A stretch of 62,472 bases of DNA, the filler included, from Candidatus Nanoarchaeia archaeon (GTDB taxonomy: Archaea > Nanobdellota > Nanobdellia > Woesearchaeales > DATDTY01), in NCBI GenBank assembly GCA_035290625.1. It is 7 parts of 7 records of this genome, joined end to end, with 100 filler letters (N's around TTAATTAATTAA, not from the genome) between each part and the next. Parts side by side here need not be neighbours in the genome. Positions count along the whole stretch, not along the records: positions 7,731 to 31,220 come from DATDTY010000072.1; 6 more parts are not named here. The stretch is one strand, 5' to 3'. Of the stretch, positions 19,531 to 28,770 are shown one piece after another. Under the pieces are notes generated by a model. That model saw only the letters and a program-made list of their open reading frames with translations. It ran no database searches and had not been told where the DNA came from. The number at the start of each line of letters is the position of its first letter. Position 1 is the first letter of the stretch. The position numbers and the translations under genes were made by a program.

Positions 19531-20187
19531 TTGCTATCAAAATTTGACCAACTGGATGACGTGTTTAATGAGCTAGACAAAACACTGCACAGGAAGGCGC
19601 ATTTCTATGTAATCGGCGGAGCTGTCCTGCTGTACCATGGCCTAAAGATCAGCACAAAAGACGTGGACATTATTGTTGACAGCCGGAAGGAGTTCATTGC
19701 AACAGAAAAAGCGCTCAAGGCAACAGGATTCACGACAAAGCTTCCTTCAACAGACTACAAAAAATCTGATCTCAATCAGATATTTATAAAAGGAGATTTC
19801 AGGATAGACTTATTCCAAAGGACTGTGTGCAAAGGATTTCTTCTTTCTGCTGGCATGAAGAAACGATCTCAAAAAGTAAGAGGGCTAACCCAGCTAACAG
19901 TTTCTTTATGTTCAACAACAGACATATTCTTGTTTAAAACATTCACCGAGCGTGAGGGGGATATTGCTGATTGCATTTCTTTAACTCAGAGTGCAATTGA
20001 TTGGGACGGAATGCTTGACGAAATAAACAAGCAGATGCAGACTTCTGGAAACAAAGTATGGATAACCTACATAGGAGAAAGAATGGACATTCTTCTTGAG
20101 CGAGGCATCAAGATACCAATAATGGACAAAATCGACAGGCTGAGAGAAGATTATCTTGACGATTACGAGAAAATGCATTCTTCTTAG
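19531..20187 (+). CDS. Nucleotidyltransferase (DUF6036/AbiEii-like)
   Basis: VIGGAVL..HG...TKDVD, RIDLF, LFK...RE.DI.D; GAGGTGA SD before the TTG start. Confidence 0.8.
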   Translation: MLSKFDQLDDVFNELDKTLHRKAHFYVIGGAVLLYHGLKISTKDVDIIVDSRKEFIATEKALKATGFTTKLPSTDYKKSDLNQIFIKGDFRIDLFQRTVCKGFLLSAGMKKRSQKVRGLTQLTVSLCSTTDIFLFKTFTEREGDIADCISLTQSAIDWDGMLDEINKQMQTSGNKVWITYIGERMDILLERGIKIPIMDKIDRLREDYLDDYEKMHSS

Positions 20188-20322
20188 AAGAAAGTTTAGG
20201 AAGAAATAAGCTCCTTGACCTAATACAATAGGGGGTAAAGCGGAGATGACGAGAAGATGACTGTACCACCATCAAACTTTAACGGCAAATATATAAATGC
20301 CTCATAATCTCTCTTTTCTGCC

Positions 20323-20760
20323 GTGATCAAAGCCATCATCTTCGACTGGAACCGGACGCTCTGGGACAAGGAAAACGGAGCCTTGTTTGCTGAAACAAAG
20401 GATATCTTAGAGCATTACAAGCAGAAGACTCGCTTAGCCTTGGCATCCAATCTTGAGGGAGGAAACCGGGAGGAAAAGCTCGACCTTATCAGCAAGCATA
20501 ACTTAAGCCATTATTTTGACCTTGCGGAATTCCAGGAAGAAAAAAAGGACCAGATCTTTGAGAAGATCATCCAGCACTGGGGCCTTAAGCCTGAGGAGGT
20601 TGCGATTGTTGATGACAAGGCCAAAAAGATCGTCTCCTTTGGCAGGCGGACAGGAGCAACAACAATCTGGCTCAAGAAAGGGAAGTACGCAGACGAACTG
20701 CCTGATGCTGATCCTGACCATGTCATTTATTCTCTGGCTGAATTGAAGAGGATTGTCTGA
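20323..20760 (+). CDS. HAD-superfamily hydrolase
   Basis: IIFDWNRTL (motif I variant), IVDD, 'PDHVIYSLAEL'. Confidence 0.85.
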   Translation: MIKAIIFDWNRTLWDKENGALFAETKDILEHYKQKTRLALASNLEGGNREEKLDLISKHNLSHYFDLAEFQEEKKDQIFEKIIQHWGLKPEEVAIVDDKAKKIVSFGRRTGATTIWLKKGKYADELPDADPDHVIYSLAELKRIV

Positions 20761-20803
20761 GACCACCACAACCTATAAATATCCTTCTTCTCAATACCAG
20801 CGT

Positions 20804-23155
20804 ATGTGGCCATTGCGAAGGGTGGAACGAGAGATAGAAAAAGAAATCCACGCAGGAGAGAAGTCCATCAAGCGAAACTGGAAAAGAATAGTGACCATCT
20901 CAGTCATAGCAGTGCTCCTCATCTCAGCAATCCTGTTTATAACCGGCATGAGGATACGGTTTGCTTTGAGGGACAGCCTTATTGTGGGCCTCTCCCCTTC
21001 TGACCGCTCCTTTACAATAACAAACCAGGAGCAGCAGCCAATAACCTTCGAAATCACTTCAGACAACAGCCGCTTCTGCACAGCCTCCTGCTCCGCCACC
21101 TTTCATGACAGAAGCGAGGACAAGATCCTTGATGCCGCATCCTTTTCTCTCGGAAGGAAGGACAGGATTGTAAAGAGCTATACCCTCACGCCAAAGCCAA
21201 AAGGCACAGGCCAGAAAATCTACAACTTTGAGGTGGAATGCTCCAACCAGAAATCCCTTCTCTGCAGGACCGACAGCCCGCTCCGCCAGAAATCTTCCTT
21301 TATCACCCTGAACTTCAGGCTTTCTCCTGGAGAAGAGATGATAAATCAAGGCATCCAGCCTTCTCTTCAGAAAAGCTTCTCAGACATCAACACAGCAGCA
21401 GGCTATCTCCAGACAGCAGCACAGCTTATACCCGGCCTTCTTGACCATGCCATCCTCAACGCAAAGCTGGAACAGCTCAACACAGGGCTCAATGAAACGA
21501 TGATCCAGACAGACGAGATCTTCAGCCTCTGGTCTGATGAGGAATACACAGTCTTGCAGACCTTCTATGCCAAAACAGTGAAGGATTCAACATTGCTTGA
21601 CCAGTCAACAGCATTCCTTGAGCAGGTCAGATCATCCAGAGAAACCCAAAATGATCTCACAACACAGTATAACCAATTGAAAAATATGATATTCAGTAAT
21701 TCAAACCTTGCCAAGCAGGCTATCCACTTCTCTCCTGAAAATCATTCTTTGAGAAAGGACTTCAACACAACCTTCTCCAAGCTGTCTTGGATACAATCGA
21801 ATCTCACTGAGAATCAATATACCTCATTGGCTCATTTTGATTCTGCGATAGCCAACCTGACAACCCAAATAAATGAATTCAATGCAACCCTTTCTAAACT
21901 AAGAAATAAGACAAGGGAAGAGGGAAATAACCTTGCAGCATCTGAATTCCAGAAGAAGTGCAGCCTGGGATTCTGCGATTTTCTTGTAGGAGATCCCTGC
22001 TTAGACCTCAATAAGATCCTTACAGAATATGATACAACTGCCTACCCAATCCCAGGAACTCCTCCGGCAGAATCCTATTTCGAGACAGGCGAAACCTCAA
22101 TTAAGATCACTCCCTCAAACCAATCCCTGGAGTATTATACTAATTTTTGCGTAAATGCGACATCTATCCCTGATCTCAACACAACCCTCCCTGATATCTC
22201 CGAAAGCAAAGAGCCCCAAAATATAACAACCTCGCTTGTCATCCTTAACGAGCTTTCCCAAAATCTTCCTGTCTGTTGCGTACGGGGATCATGCTCTCCC
22301 TGCTGCACCACTCCTGAATGCAGAAACGACCCAAGCTCCTTCCCTGTGCTCCTGATTCATGGCCACTCTCTGCTCAGAAGCACCTCTCCTGAGCCAGTTA
22401 TTGATATCTTCAACCGTATCCAGTATCAGCTCCAGGAGGATGGGTATCTGAACGGAGGCACGGTCATCTTTGATTTCAACCAGTCTGACTACTCTGCAAA
22501 TGACTGGGGGCTTTCAGGCACTCCGATTGCTCTGAAAGCGTCCTATTACTTTGATTATTTCTACTCTCTTGGAAAATACATCCACATAACCCGAAGCACA
22601 GATAACATAGACACCTATGCAATCAGGCTAAAGGATATCATAGAATTAGTCAAATTCAGGACAGGAAAGCCTAAAGTCAATATCGTTGCGCATTCCATGG
22701 GGGGCTTAGTCTCAAGAAGATACCTTGACATCTTTGGAGAGGAATCGGTGGACAATATGGTGCTCATAGCAACCCCGAATCACGGCATTGAAGGCTCTGC
22801 CAAGAAGTTCTGCAGGCTATTCGGAGAGAAACGAGAATGCGAGGACATGTACCAAGATTCCATCCTGTTAAAAAAGCTCAACGATCCGAACAATAAGATA
22901 AAGGACGTCAAGGTTGTCACGATCTCAGGCATCGGCTGCGACACTGATGGAGGCCTAGGAGATGGAATTGTAACTCTGGACAGCTCCAAACTGGAAGGAG
23001 CAGAATCCTCCATTGTAGAAGGAAACTGTGATGACACCTTCAAGGCAGGCCTGCATTCTGATCTGCTGAACATCGACAAGTATCCTGAAGTCTATCAGGC
23101 GATTTCCAGTGTACTCAGGAGAGGAATTAATATTACCAATACTACCGAGAACTAA
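20804..23155 (+). CDS. Membrane-anchored protein with helical stalk and C-terminal alpha/beta-hydrolase
   Basis: N-terminal TM; Cys cluster CC.RG.C.PCC; LLIHGH, AHSMGG, ATPNHG, GDGIV, LHSDL. Confidence 0.8.
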   Translation: MWPLRRVEREIEKEIHAGEKSIKRNWKRIVTISVIAVLLISAILFITGMRIRFALRDSLIVGLSPSDRSFTITNQEQQPITFEITSDNSRFCTASCSATFHDRSEDKILDAASFSLGRKDRIVKSYTLTPKPKGTGQKIYNFEVECSNQKSLLCRTDSPLRQKSSFITLNFRLSPGEEMINQGIQPSLQKSFSDINTAAGYLQTAAQLIPGLLDHAILNAKLEQLNTGLNETMIQTDEIFSLWSDEEYTVLQTFYAKTVKDSTLLDQSTAFLEQVRSSRETQNDLTTQYNQLKNMIFSNSNLAKQAIHFSPENHSLRKDFNTTFSKLSWIQSNLTENQYTSLAHFDSAIANLTTQINEFNATLSKLRNKTREEGNNLAASEFQKKCSLGFCDFLVGDPCLDLNKILTEYDTTAYPIPGTPPAESYFETGETSIKITPSNQSLEYYTNFCVNATSIPDLNTTLPDISESKEPQNITTSLVILNELSQNLPVCCVRGSCSPCCTTPECRNDPSSFPVLLIHGHSLLRSTSPEPVIDIFNRIQYQLQEDGYLNGGTVIFDFNQSDYSANDWGLSGTPIALKASYYFDYFYSLGKYIHITRSTDNIDTYAIRLKDIIELVKFRTGKPKVNIVAHSMGGLVSRRYLDIFGEESVDNMVLIATPNHGIEGSAKKFCRLFGEKRECEDMYQDSILLKKLNDPNNKIKDVKVVTISGIGCDTDGGLGDGIVTLDSSKLEGAESSIVEGNCDDTFKAGLHSDLLNIDKYPEVYQAISSVLRRGINITNTTEN

Positions 23156-23892
23156 CGCAAATTTCTGAGGGCTTCGACAGTTGCATATACCTTCGGAACA
23201 TACTGCTTTGTCTCTTCCGGGACTTTTCCTGCACCAAATGCAAGGTCCCAAAACGTAGCGTTGACACCATACTCTCTCTTAAGCTTTCTCAGCCTTGTTT
23301 CTCCCATGTTATAAGCTGCAAGGGCGTCAGCCCAGGACTCAGTTTTCTCCTCAAGGTCTCCAAGGTGCTGGATTCCCGCTTGGATTGCAGATCTGGGGAT
23401 TACTCTTTCATCAATATGCCTCCCAATCTTAAGCCCATAGCTGCGTGCAGTATCTGGCATAAGCTGGTAGAATCCCCTTGCGCCTTTAGGCGAGGTTTCA
23501 TCACTCCTCAAGGCTTCCTGCATAAATACCCCAAGAGCGATCTCAATGGGAACACGATATGCCTGGCTGTTTTCCTGTATGAGGGGAAGGAATTCTCTTG
23601 CAGCAGCATATCTGGCCTGAAAGTCTGAGATTCCTTCAGGATCCTCTGTATAATAGGACCTGTACTGCCCGATAAGCCTAATGGCCTGAGATCTCACATG
23701 CTCAGAAACATATTCCACCCCAAACGGGGAGATCTCCGGAAGAATCTCTGGTGATTGGGCAGTCTCAGAGATCTCCTGCTGCGAACTTGTAATGGCTGCT
23801 TCAGGAGGCGGCATTTCCCAGGCTTGCTCACCGGGCGCTGCTCCAGCAAGCAGTATCATGGCAGTTACTATCTTTTTTGGTAAAGAACGCAT
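23152..23892 (-). CDS. Lytic transglycosylase (SLT domain), secreted
   Basis: Catalytic Glu in MQE, SPKGARGFYQLMPDTA, AAYNMG, ETKQYVPKV; N-terminal signal-like segment. Confidence 0.9.
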   Translation of the reverse strand: MRSLPKKIVTAMILLAGAAPGEQAWEMPPPEAAITSSQQEISETAQSPEILPEISPFGVEYVSEHVRSQAIRLIGQYRSYYTEDPEGISDFQARYAAAREFLPLIQENSQAYRVPIEIALGVFMQEALRSDETSPKGARGFYQLMPDTARSYGLKIGRHIDERVIPRSAIQAGIQHLGDLEEKTESWADALAAYNMGETRLRKLKREYGVNATFWDLAFGAGKVPEETKQYVPKVYATVEALRNLR

Positions 23893-24064
23893 TTTCTTGA
23901 ATGCCTTGCAGGCTACTCCTGCAAATCTCAGAATCTTATATTAAATTTGCCAATACAATCTATTGTGAATTTTTACTTTATGCTGGTATGGAAGAAAAAT
24001 ATAACTGATTTAGTATCCTGACAGCCGGGATTTCAAAGGATTCATTTAGAAAATGAAGGTCCAT

Positions 24065-25046
24065 TTACCTCTCTTTACCCCCTCCATTCTTGTACGCAAT
24101 AACTGCTGAATCATTGCTGCCCTTCCAATGCTCAACAAAGAAATCTCCCGGGTTACCCGGAACTTTTTTCACCCTTTCAAAATCCCTCGGTGCCGGAAGA
24201 CTTGTGTTCATAACATAAGGGGTTAGCTTAAGCATATCCTCAAAGACGAGCAGGATGAGGTCAGGAAACCCGTTGTTTCCTAAATGAGACTCTGCTATGA
24301 ATAGCCCTTCTGCATTGAGGTAAGGCCAAAGATTATCAATTGCTGATTTTACCCTTTTTTTCATCTCCTTAATAAATTCCCGAGGAACTTCAAGAGGGTC
24401 GCGAAAGATCCAAGGCGCTTGAAAACTGGGGGCTATTAAACACGTTTCCCATAAAAATGATATCATACGTATCTTCAAGCGTCTCTTTTTCAAGGAGACG
24501 ATGCATATCAGCTTCAATAATGCAAAAAGGAGCATTTAGATATGGGGCAGGGACTTCTTTATCAAGGGCTGTAGAGACCGCACATCTTTGTTGGGCTTCA
24601 TACGCAAATGTATCCCTAAAGTCATATTCATGATGCTCATCATAATCAACACCAGAAAAACCAACCTCCAAGACCTTTTTTCCTTCAATCCCGAGGGGCA
24701 GGAGATCTAAAATAGGAAAACCTTTTCCTCTCGTATCGTTCCATCCCTCAAAGAATTCATAAATACTCCTGCACGATCCTTCCACTTCAGCCATTTCATC
24801 CCTATAAAATAAGAATTCAATTCTTGTGTCAATAAAATCAGTTAATTCAAGCATCCTTTTTGGGAGAATGGATTCTGAAATACCTGCATTGCCGGTTTCA
24901 TCCCACTCATGTTTATATTTCCGGAACTCTTCCCAAAAATCCCGGGTCGGTCTCGCGTACAGCTCTGACAAAAAGAGCGAACCTTGCACTGCCTGCTGCC
25001 ATAGCTCACTTCTTGGCAGCCCTTGGGTGAGATTCTCCACAATCAA
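24065..25046 (-). pseudogene. Class I SAM methyltransferase-like gene split by a frameshift
   Basis: KKVLEVGF and YDIIFMGNVF lie in one frame, LNAEGLFI in another; removing one base from the G5 run at about 24428-24432 fuses them. Confidence 0.55.
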
Positions 25047-25091
25047 GGAGAATGCGGGGCTCTTTATAAACTAAAAGCCTTAGCAAACATC

Positions 25092-26438
25092 TCACCCAAA
25101 TCTCATGTTCTTCATCCCGCCGATCTTCTTCATCATCTTGCCCATATCCGTTGAGCCTTTCATCATCTTGGCCATCTTTTTTCCCTGCTTGTACTGCTTC
25201 ACCAGCTCGCGGATGTTCTGGGCAGAGACTCCTGAGCCCTTGGAAATGCGCTCAATCCTGCCGGCATCGATCTCTTCCGGGTTCTCCAGCTCATTCTGGT
25301 TCATGGAGTCCATTGCAGTCTTCCATAATCCAAGCTTCCCTTCCTGGACATCAAGCACCTCCTTTGGGAGCTGAAGCTGGGAAAAGCCAGGGATCATCTC
25401 CACAAGCTTTCTCAATGAGCCCATCTTCTTCATCGCCTGCATCTGCTCGTAGAGGTCGATCAACGTAAATTCGCCTTTCAGGAATCGCTGGCCAAGATCC
25501 TGCGCCTCTTCTTCAGACATGGCGACCTTTGCTTTCTCGAGCAGTTCTTCCAAATCCCCCATGCCCAGAAGCCTGCCAACAAAACCTTTTGGATTAAAGC
25601 TCTCCAGGTCATTGAGTTTCTCTCCGACTCCGATGAATTTAATCGGAGCTCCACTCACTGCGCATGCAGTCAATGCGCCCCCTCCCCTTGCAGTGCCGTC
25701 CATCTTTGTGACAATGATGCCAGTAAGGCCGCAGCTTGCATGGAATTGCGTAACCTGGGCATGGCTTGTCTGGCCGATATCTGCAGAGATTACCAGCAAT
25801 CTCTCATCCGGCTGCACTGCCTCCTTTACCTTTTCAATCTCCTCAATCAAATCTGTGCTTAACTTGTCCCTTCCTGCGGTATCTATGATCACCACATCAA
25901 ACTCCTTCAGCTCCTGCTCGATTCTCCTGTAGATCTTTAGAGGGTCCTTTTCTTTCTTGTCAATGTATGCAACGAGCTTTGCGTCAGAAGCGACCTGTTC
26001 GATCTGATCCATGGCAGCAGGCCTGTGCACATCCAAGCCTACAAGGCAGACCTTGTGGCCGCGGTTTGCAAAATAATGGCCGAGCTTTCCGGCAGTTGTA
26101 GTCTTTCCGCTTCCAAATAATCCTATAAGCATGATGACTGTGGGTTTCTTAGCAATCTCAATCTTTTTTGCCTCTCCTCCAAGAAACCTGACCAGCTCTT
26201 CATAGACCACAGTGATTAAGAATTCCTTCTTGGAAATCCCAGGGGCCTCCTCTTCCAGCACCCTCTCTTTAATCCTTTTGGTCAGATTAAAGACAAGCTG
26301 CACATTCACGTCTGCCTGCAGAAGGGATCGCTGGATATCCTTCACCAGCTCATTCACAAGCCGGTCATCTACAAAGACTGCCTTGGCTATCTTCTGCAGC
26401 GTTGATTTCAGGCTTTCTCCTAACCGCTCTAAGACCAT
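25092..26438 (-). CDS. srp54: Signal recognition particle protein SRP54
   Basis: GLFGSGKTT, DTAGR, TKMDGTARGGGAL, Met-rich M domain. Confidence 0.97.
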   Translation of the reverse strand: MVLERLGESLKSTLQKIAKAVFVDDRLVNELVKDIQRSLLQADVNVQLVFNLTKRIKERVLEEEAPGISKKEFLITVVYEELVRFLGGEAKKIEIAKKPTVIMLIGLFGSGKTTTAGKLGHYFANRGHKVCLVGLDVHRPAAMDQIEQVASDAKLVAYIDKKEKDPLKIYRRIEQELKEFDVVIIDTAGRDKLSTDLIEEIEKVKEAVQPDERLLVISADIGQTSHAQVTQFHASCGLTGIIVTKMDGTARGGGALTACAVSGAPIKFIGVGEKLNDLESFNPKGFVGRLLGMGDLEELLEKAKVAMSEEEAQDLGQRFLKGEFTLIDLYEQMQAMKKMGSLRKLVEMIPGFSQLQLPKEVLDVQEGKLGLWKTAMDSMNQNELENPEEIDAGRIERISKGSGVSAQNIRELVKQYKQGKKMAKMMKGSTDMGKMMKKIGGMKNMRFG

Positions 26439-26567
26439 GGCTGCTACGAAGGAAGCGAGATTTATAAAGGTTGGGCTTCGCCTTGAAATGGCAGAGGCCG
26501 CATCTTAACAACGCATTTCGTACTCTATGGTTTGCAAAGGCAACATCCACGAACCCTTTACCCTAAC

Positions 26568-27197
26568 TTATCTCCTTACAACAACACTTTTAATATCAAA
26601 CCTCACTTTCTTCTCATCTGCGTGGCTGTCGCTCTTGGACCTGCAGCCTATGGGGCATAACACGACTGATGCCAGGCTTTGCTCTTCCAATCCAAGCAAC
26701 TCATCAACCTTCTTCGGATCAAACCCTTCCATCGGGCAGGCATCGATCCTCTTCATGGCGCATGCCTCGAGCAGGAAGCCAAGGCTAATATACACTTGGT
26801 TCTTTGACCATGCGAGTGTCTGCTCAGCTGTCAAAGCCTTCCTAAATCCAAGGATCGTGTCCTCGTAGCCTTTCAGCTTCTCACGAGGAACCTTCCTAAT
26901 CCGAGAAATTGAGTCAATATAGTTTCTTATGTAGCCTTCATTGAGGTCGGTTCTCACACAGAGCACAATCAAGTGGGATGCGTCTGTGACCTGCGGCTGA
27001 TTCCATGCAGCCTCCCTGAGCCTTTCCCTCAATTCTTGGTCAGTCACAACGATGAACTTCCAGGGCTGGAGGCCAAACGATGAAGGAGAGAGGTTGAGCA
27101 CCTTCAAAAGCTCATCAAGGTCTTTTTCAGAGACTTTTTTCTTCGGGTCAAATTGTTTTGTCGCGTATCTCCATTCCAGCGCTTCCAAAATCTCCAT
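26568..27197 (-). CDS. NAD(P)H-dependent nitroreductase
   Basis: WRYATKQFD, LSPSSFGLQPWKF, DACPMEGFD; GAGGTGA SD. Confidence 0.93.
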   Translation of the reverse strand: MEILEALEWRYATKQFDPKKKVSEKDLDELLKVLNLSPSSFGLQPWKFIVVTDQELRERLREAAWNQPQVTDASHLIVLCVRTDLNEGYIRNYIDSISRIRKVPREKLKGYEDTILGFRKALTAEQTLAWSKNQVYISLGFLLEACAMKRIDACPMEGFDPKKVDELLGLEEQSLASVVLCPIGCRSKSDSHADEKKVRFDIKSVVVRR

Positions 27198-27277
27198 GCT
27201 CTTCACCTCTGTGGCCTTGCTTTCTATTCTTCTCCCATCTATAAAACCATGATATGCCTGTTAAAAAAATAAAAAAA

Positions 27278-27430
27278 TTACATGCCTTTCTTGATGCGAC
27301 TCATCGCCTCAGCCACACCTTTTGCTTCCTTCTCAAGCCAATTCTTATATTCCTGGAGCTTTTCAATCTTCTCCTCGTTTGTCAGAAATTGTCTTGGGGT
27401 TTCCTCGCATTCACATCCGGCGCAGTTCAT
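27278..27430 (-). CDS. Small coiled-coil protein with N-terminal Cys cluster (50 aa, not in the ORF track)
   Basis: MNCAGCECEETPRQFLTNEEKIEKLQEYKNWLEKEAKGV...; AGGTGA SD; divergent from PadR. Confidence 0.75.
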   Translation of the reverse strand: MNCAGCECEETPRQFLTNEEKIEKLQEYKNWLEKEAKGVAEAMSRIKKGM

Positions 27431-27451
27431 GGTTTCACCTTTCCGGAAAGC

Positions 27452-27519
27452 TATCGGCTTTCCAATATCGGTTAACCGATACTTATATTTAAATCTTTCT
27501 ATCTATCGGTTTTCCGAAA
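27452..27519. promoter_or_regulatory. Three TATCGG-N4-CCGATA-type palindromes (probable PadR operators)
   Basis: Perfect TATCGGTTAACCGATA at 27466-27481; variants at 27452-27467 and 27504-27519 around the divergent TATA boxes. Confidence 0.65.
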
Positions 27520-27551
27520 GGTATTTATACGTTGGGAGCACTGTATGCCCT

Positions 27552-27851
27552 ATGAAGCCAGAATGCGAAATGAAAGGGTTTCTGTCGCTTCTCCTTCTGT
27601 GGATCATCCACGAGAAAAAAATGACCGGATCCGGGATAGCAAACGAGATCTCAGCAAGAAAAGGCTCGAAGCCAAGCCCGGGAACCATCTACCCTGCGTT
27701 AAAAGATCTTAAGGAAAAGGGTTTGGTGTCTTGTGATAAGGGGAAGGTGTATTCAATAACCAAAAAAGGCAGGCTCGAGCTGAGCGTCCTGCTCAAAAGC
27801 TTCTTCAGCACGTTCAAGGACATCGATGACATGAAACGGTGCTGCGGATAG
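27552..27851 (+). CDS. PadR family transcriptional regulator
   Basis: KGFLSLLLLW, PSPGTIYPALKDL, YSITKKG. Confidence 0.92.
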   Translation: MKPECEMKGFLSLLLLWIIHEKKMTGSGIANEISARKGSKPSPGTIYPALKDLKEKGLVSCDKGKVYSITKKGRLELSVLLKSFFSTFKDIDDMKRCCG

Positions 27852-27990
27852 GGGCGCAAGCCTTCTGAAACTATCACTCTTTAGTAACGAAAAATTTATA
27901 AATCAGGCCATGCTCCGGCATCGCTGAAGGCTCTTCGGGGCATACTCCAATAATCCGCAACCTTTAAATAAATCTCTCATTACCTCAACC

Positions 27991-28365
27991 ATGATGCCAA
28001 AAAAGTCAATAGCACAGAAACTTGTTTATCCTGAGCAGATCAATGTAGGTCAATCTATCCAGAAGACTGCTGAGCTCCTTGCCGATACGTGGTCGCTGAG
28101 GCTGCTGCGGCAGCTGATGTGGAACTCAGAAACACAAAAGCCTGAGACACGGCCGATGCGCTTCTCAGAGCTCAAGAAGCAACTTCCTAGCATATCGCCA
28201 AAAACCCTGTCCCGAAAGCTCAAGGCAATGGAGAGGATGGGCGTAGTCCAAAAAACCCTCTATGCGGAAGTTCCGGTGAGGGCGGAATATGCCATCACAG
28301 AGAAGGGAAAGCAGCTGAAGGATGTCCTGCAGGCAATCACTGCCTGGAATCTCAGAAATCTTTAA
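27991..28365 (+). CDS. HxlR family winged-helix regulator
   Basis: WSLRLLR, RFSELKK.LPSISPKTLSRKLK, EVPVRAEYAITEKG. Confidence 0.92.
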   Translation: MMPKKSIAQKLVYPEQINVGQSIQKTAELLADTWSLRLLRQLMWNSETQKPETRPMRFSELKKQLPSISPKTLSRKLKAMERMGVVQKTLYAEVPVRAEYAITEKGKQLKDVLQAITAWNLRNL

Positions 28366-28409
28366 ATACTTCTTTTGTCTTGGCGGCTCAAAAAGGGAGG
28401 TGAGGCCGA

Positions 28410-28481
28410 ATGGCAGACCAGGATGATTATGATGAGGATTACGATGAAATGAATCCTGATGATGAGGATGACGAAGTGTAA
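28410..28481 (+). CDS. Putative 23-aa acidic micropeptide
   Basis: MADQDDYDEDYDEMNPDDEDDEV; GGAGGTGA SD at 28396-28403; TTTAAATA box at about 28360. Confidence 0.5.
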   Translation: MADQDDYDEDYDEMNPDDEDDEV

Positions 28482-28580
28482 TTGTCAGTTTTTTGCTTGA
28501 GTCTTTACTCAGCTGCCACCGTTGTACTGGTCCAAGTTCGCTCCAGTTTTCGTGATGAGTGATTTTCAGCCTTTGCAGGC

Positions 28581-28725
28581 GGCTCAGTAGCAAGTCAGTC
28601 GGCATCAGGCTTGCTTGTGCCTGCATCTGCTCCAGCTGACACCCCCGAAGGGGCCTACCCTCTGTCAGCACCGCTCATGACTGCAAAGAAGCTCGCAGAA
28701 AGGATGCCGGACTTGCAACTGAGCC
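28581..28725 (-). mobile_element. Structured MITE-like repeat R7
   Basis: TIR GGCTCAGTAGCAAGTC/GACTTGCAACTGAGCC; flanks TTTGCAGGC/TTCGTAGGC (7/9); full core. Confidence 0.85.
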
Positions 28726-28770
28726 TTCGTAGGCTTAAGATTTATAAAACCCCCCTTATTTTACCCCACT

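Noticed and set aside
28165..28671. His-rich 168-aa minus-strand ORF
   Set aside because: It starts inside R7 and overlaps the HxlR gene; its His-richness is the antisense of the GAT/GAG-rich micropeptide.
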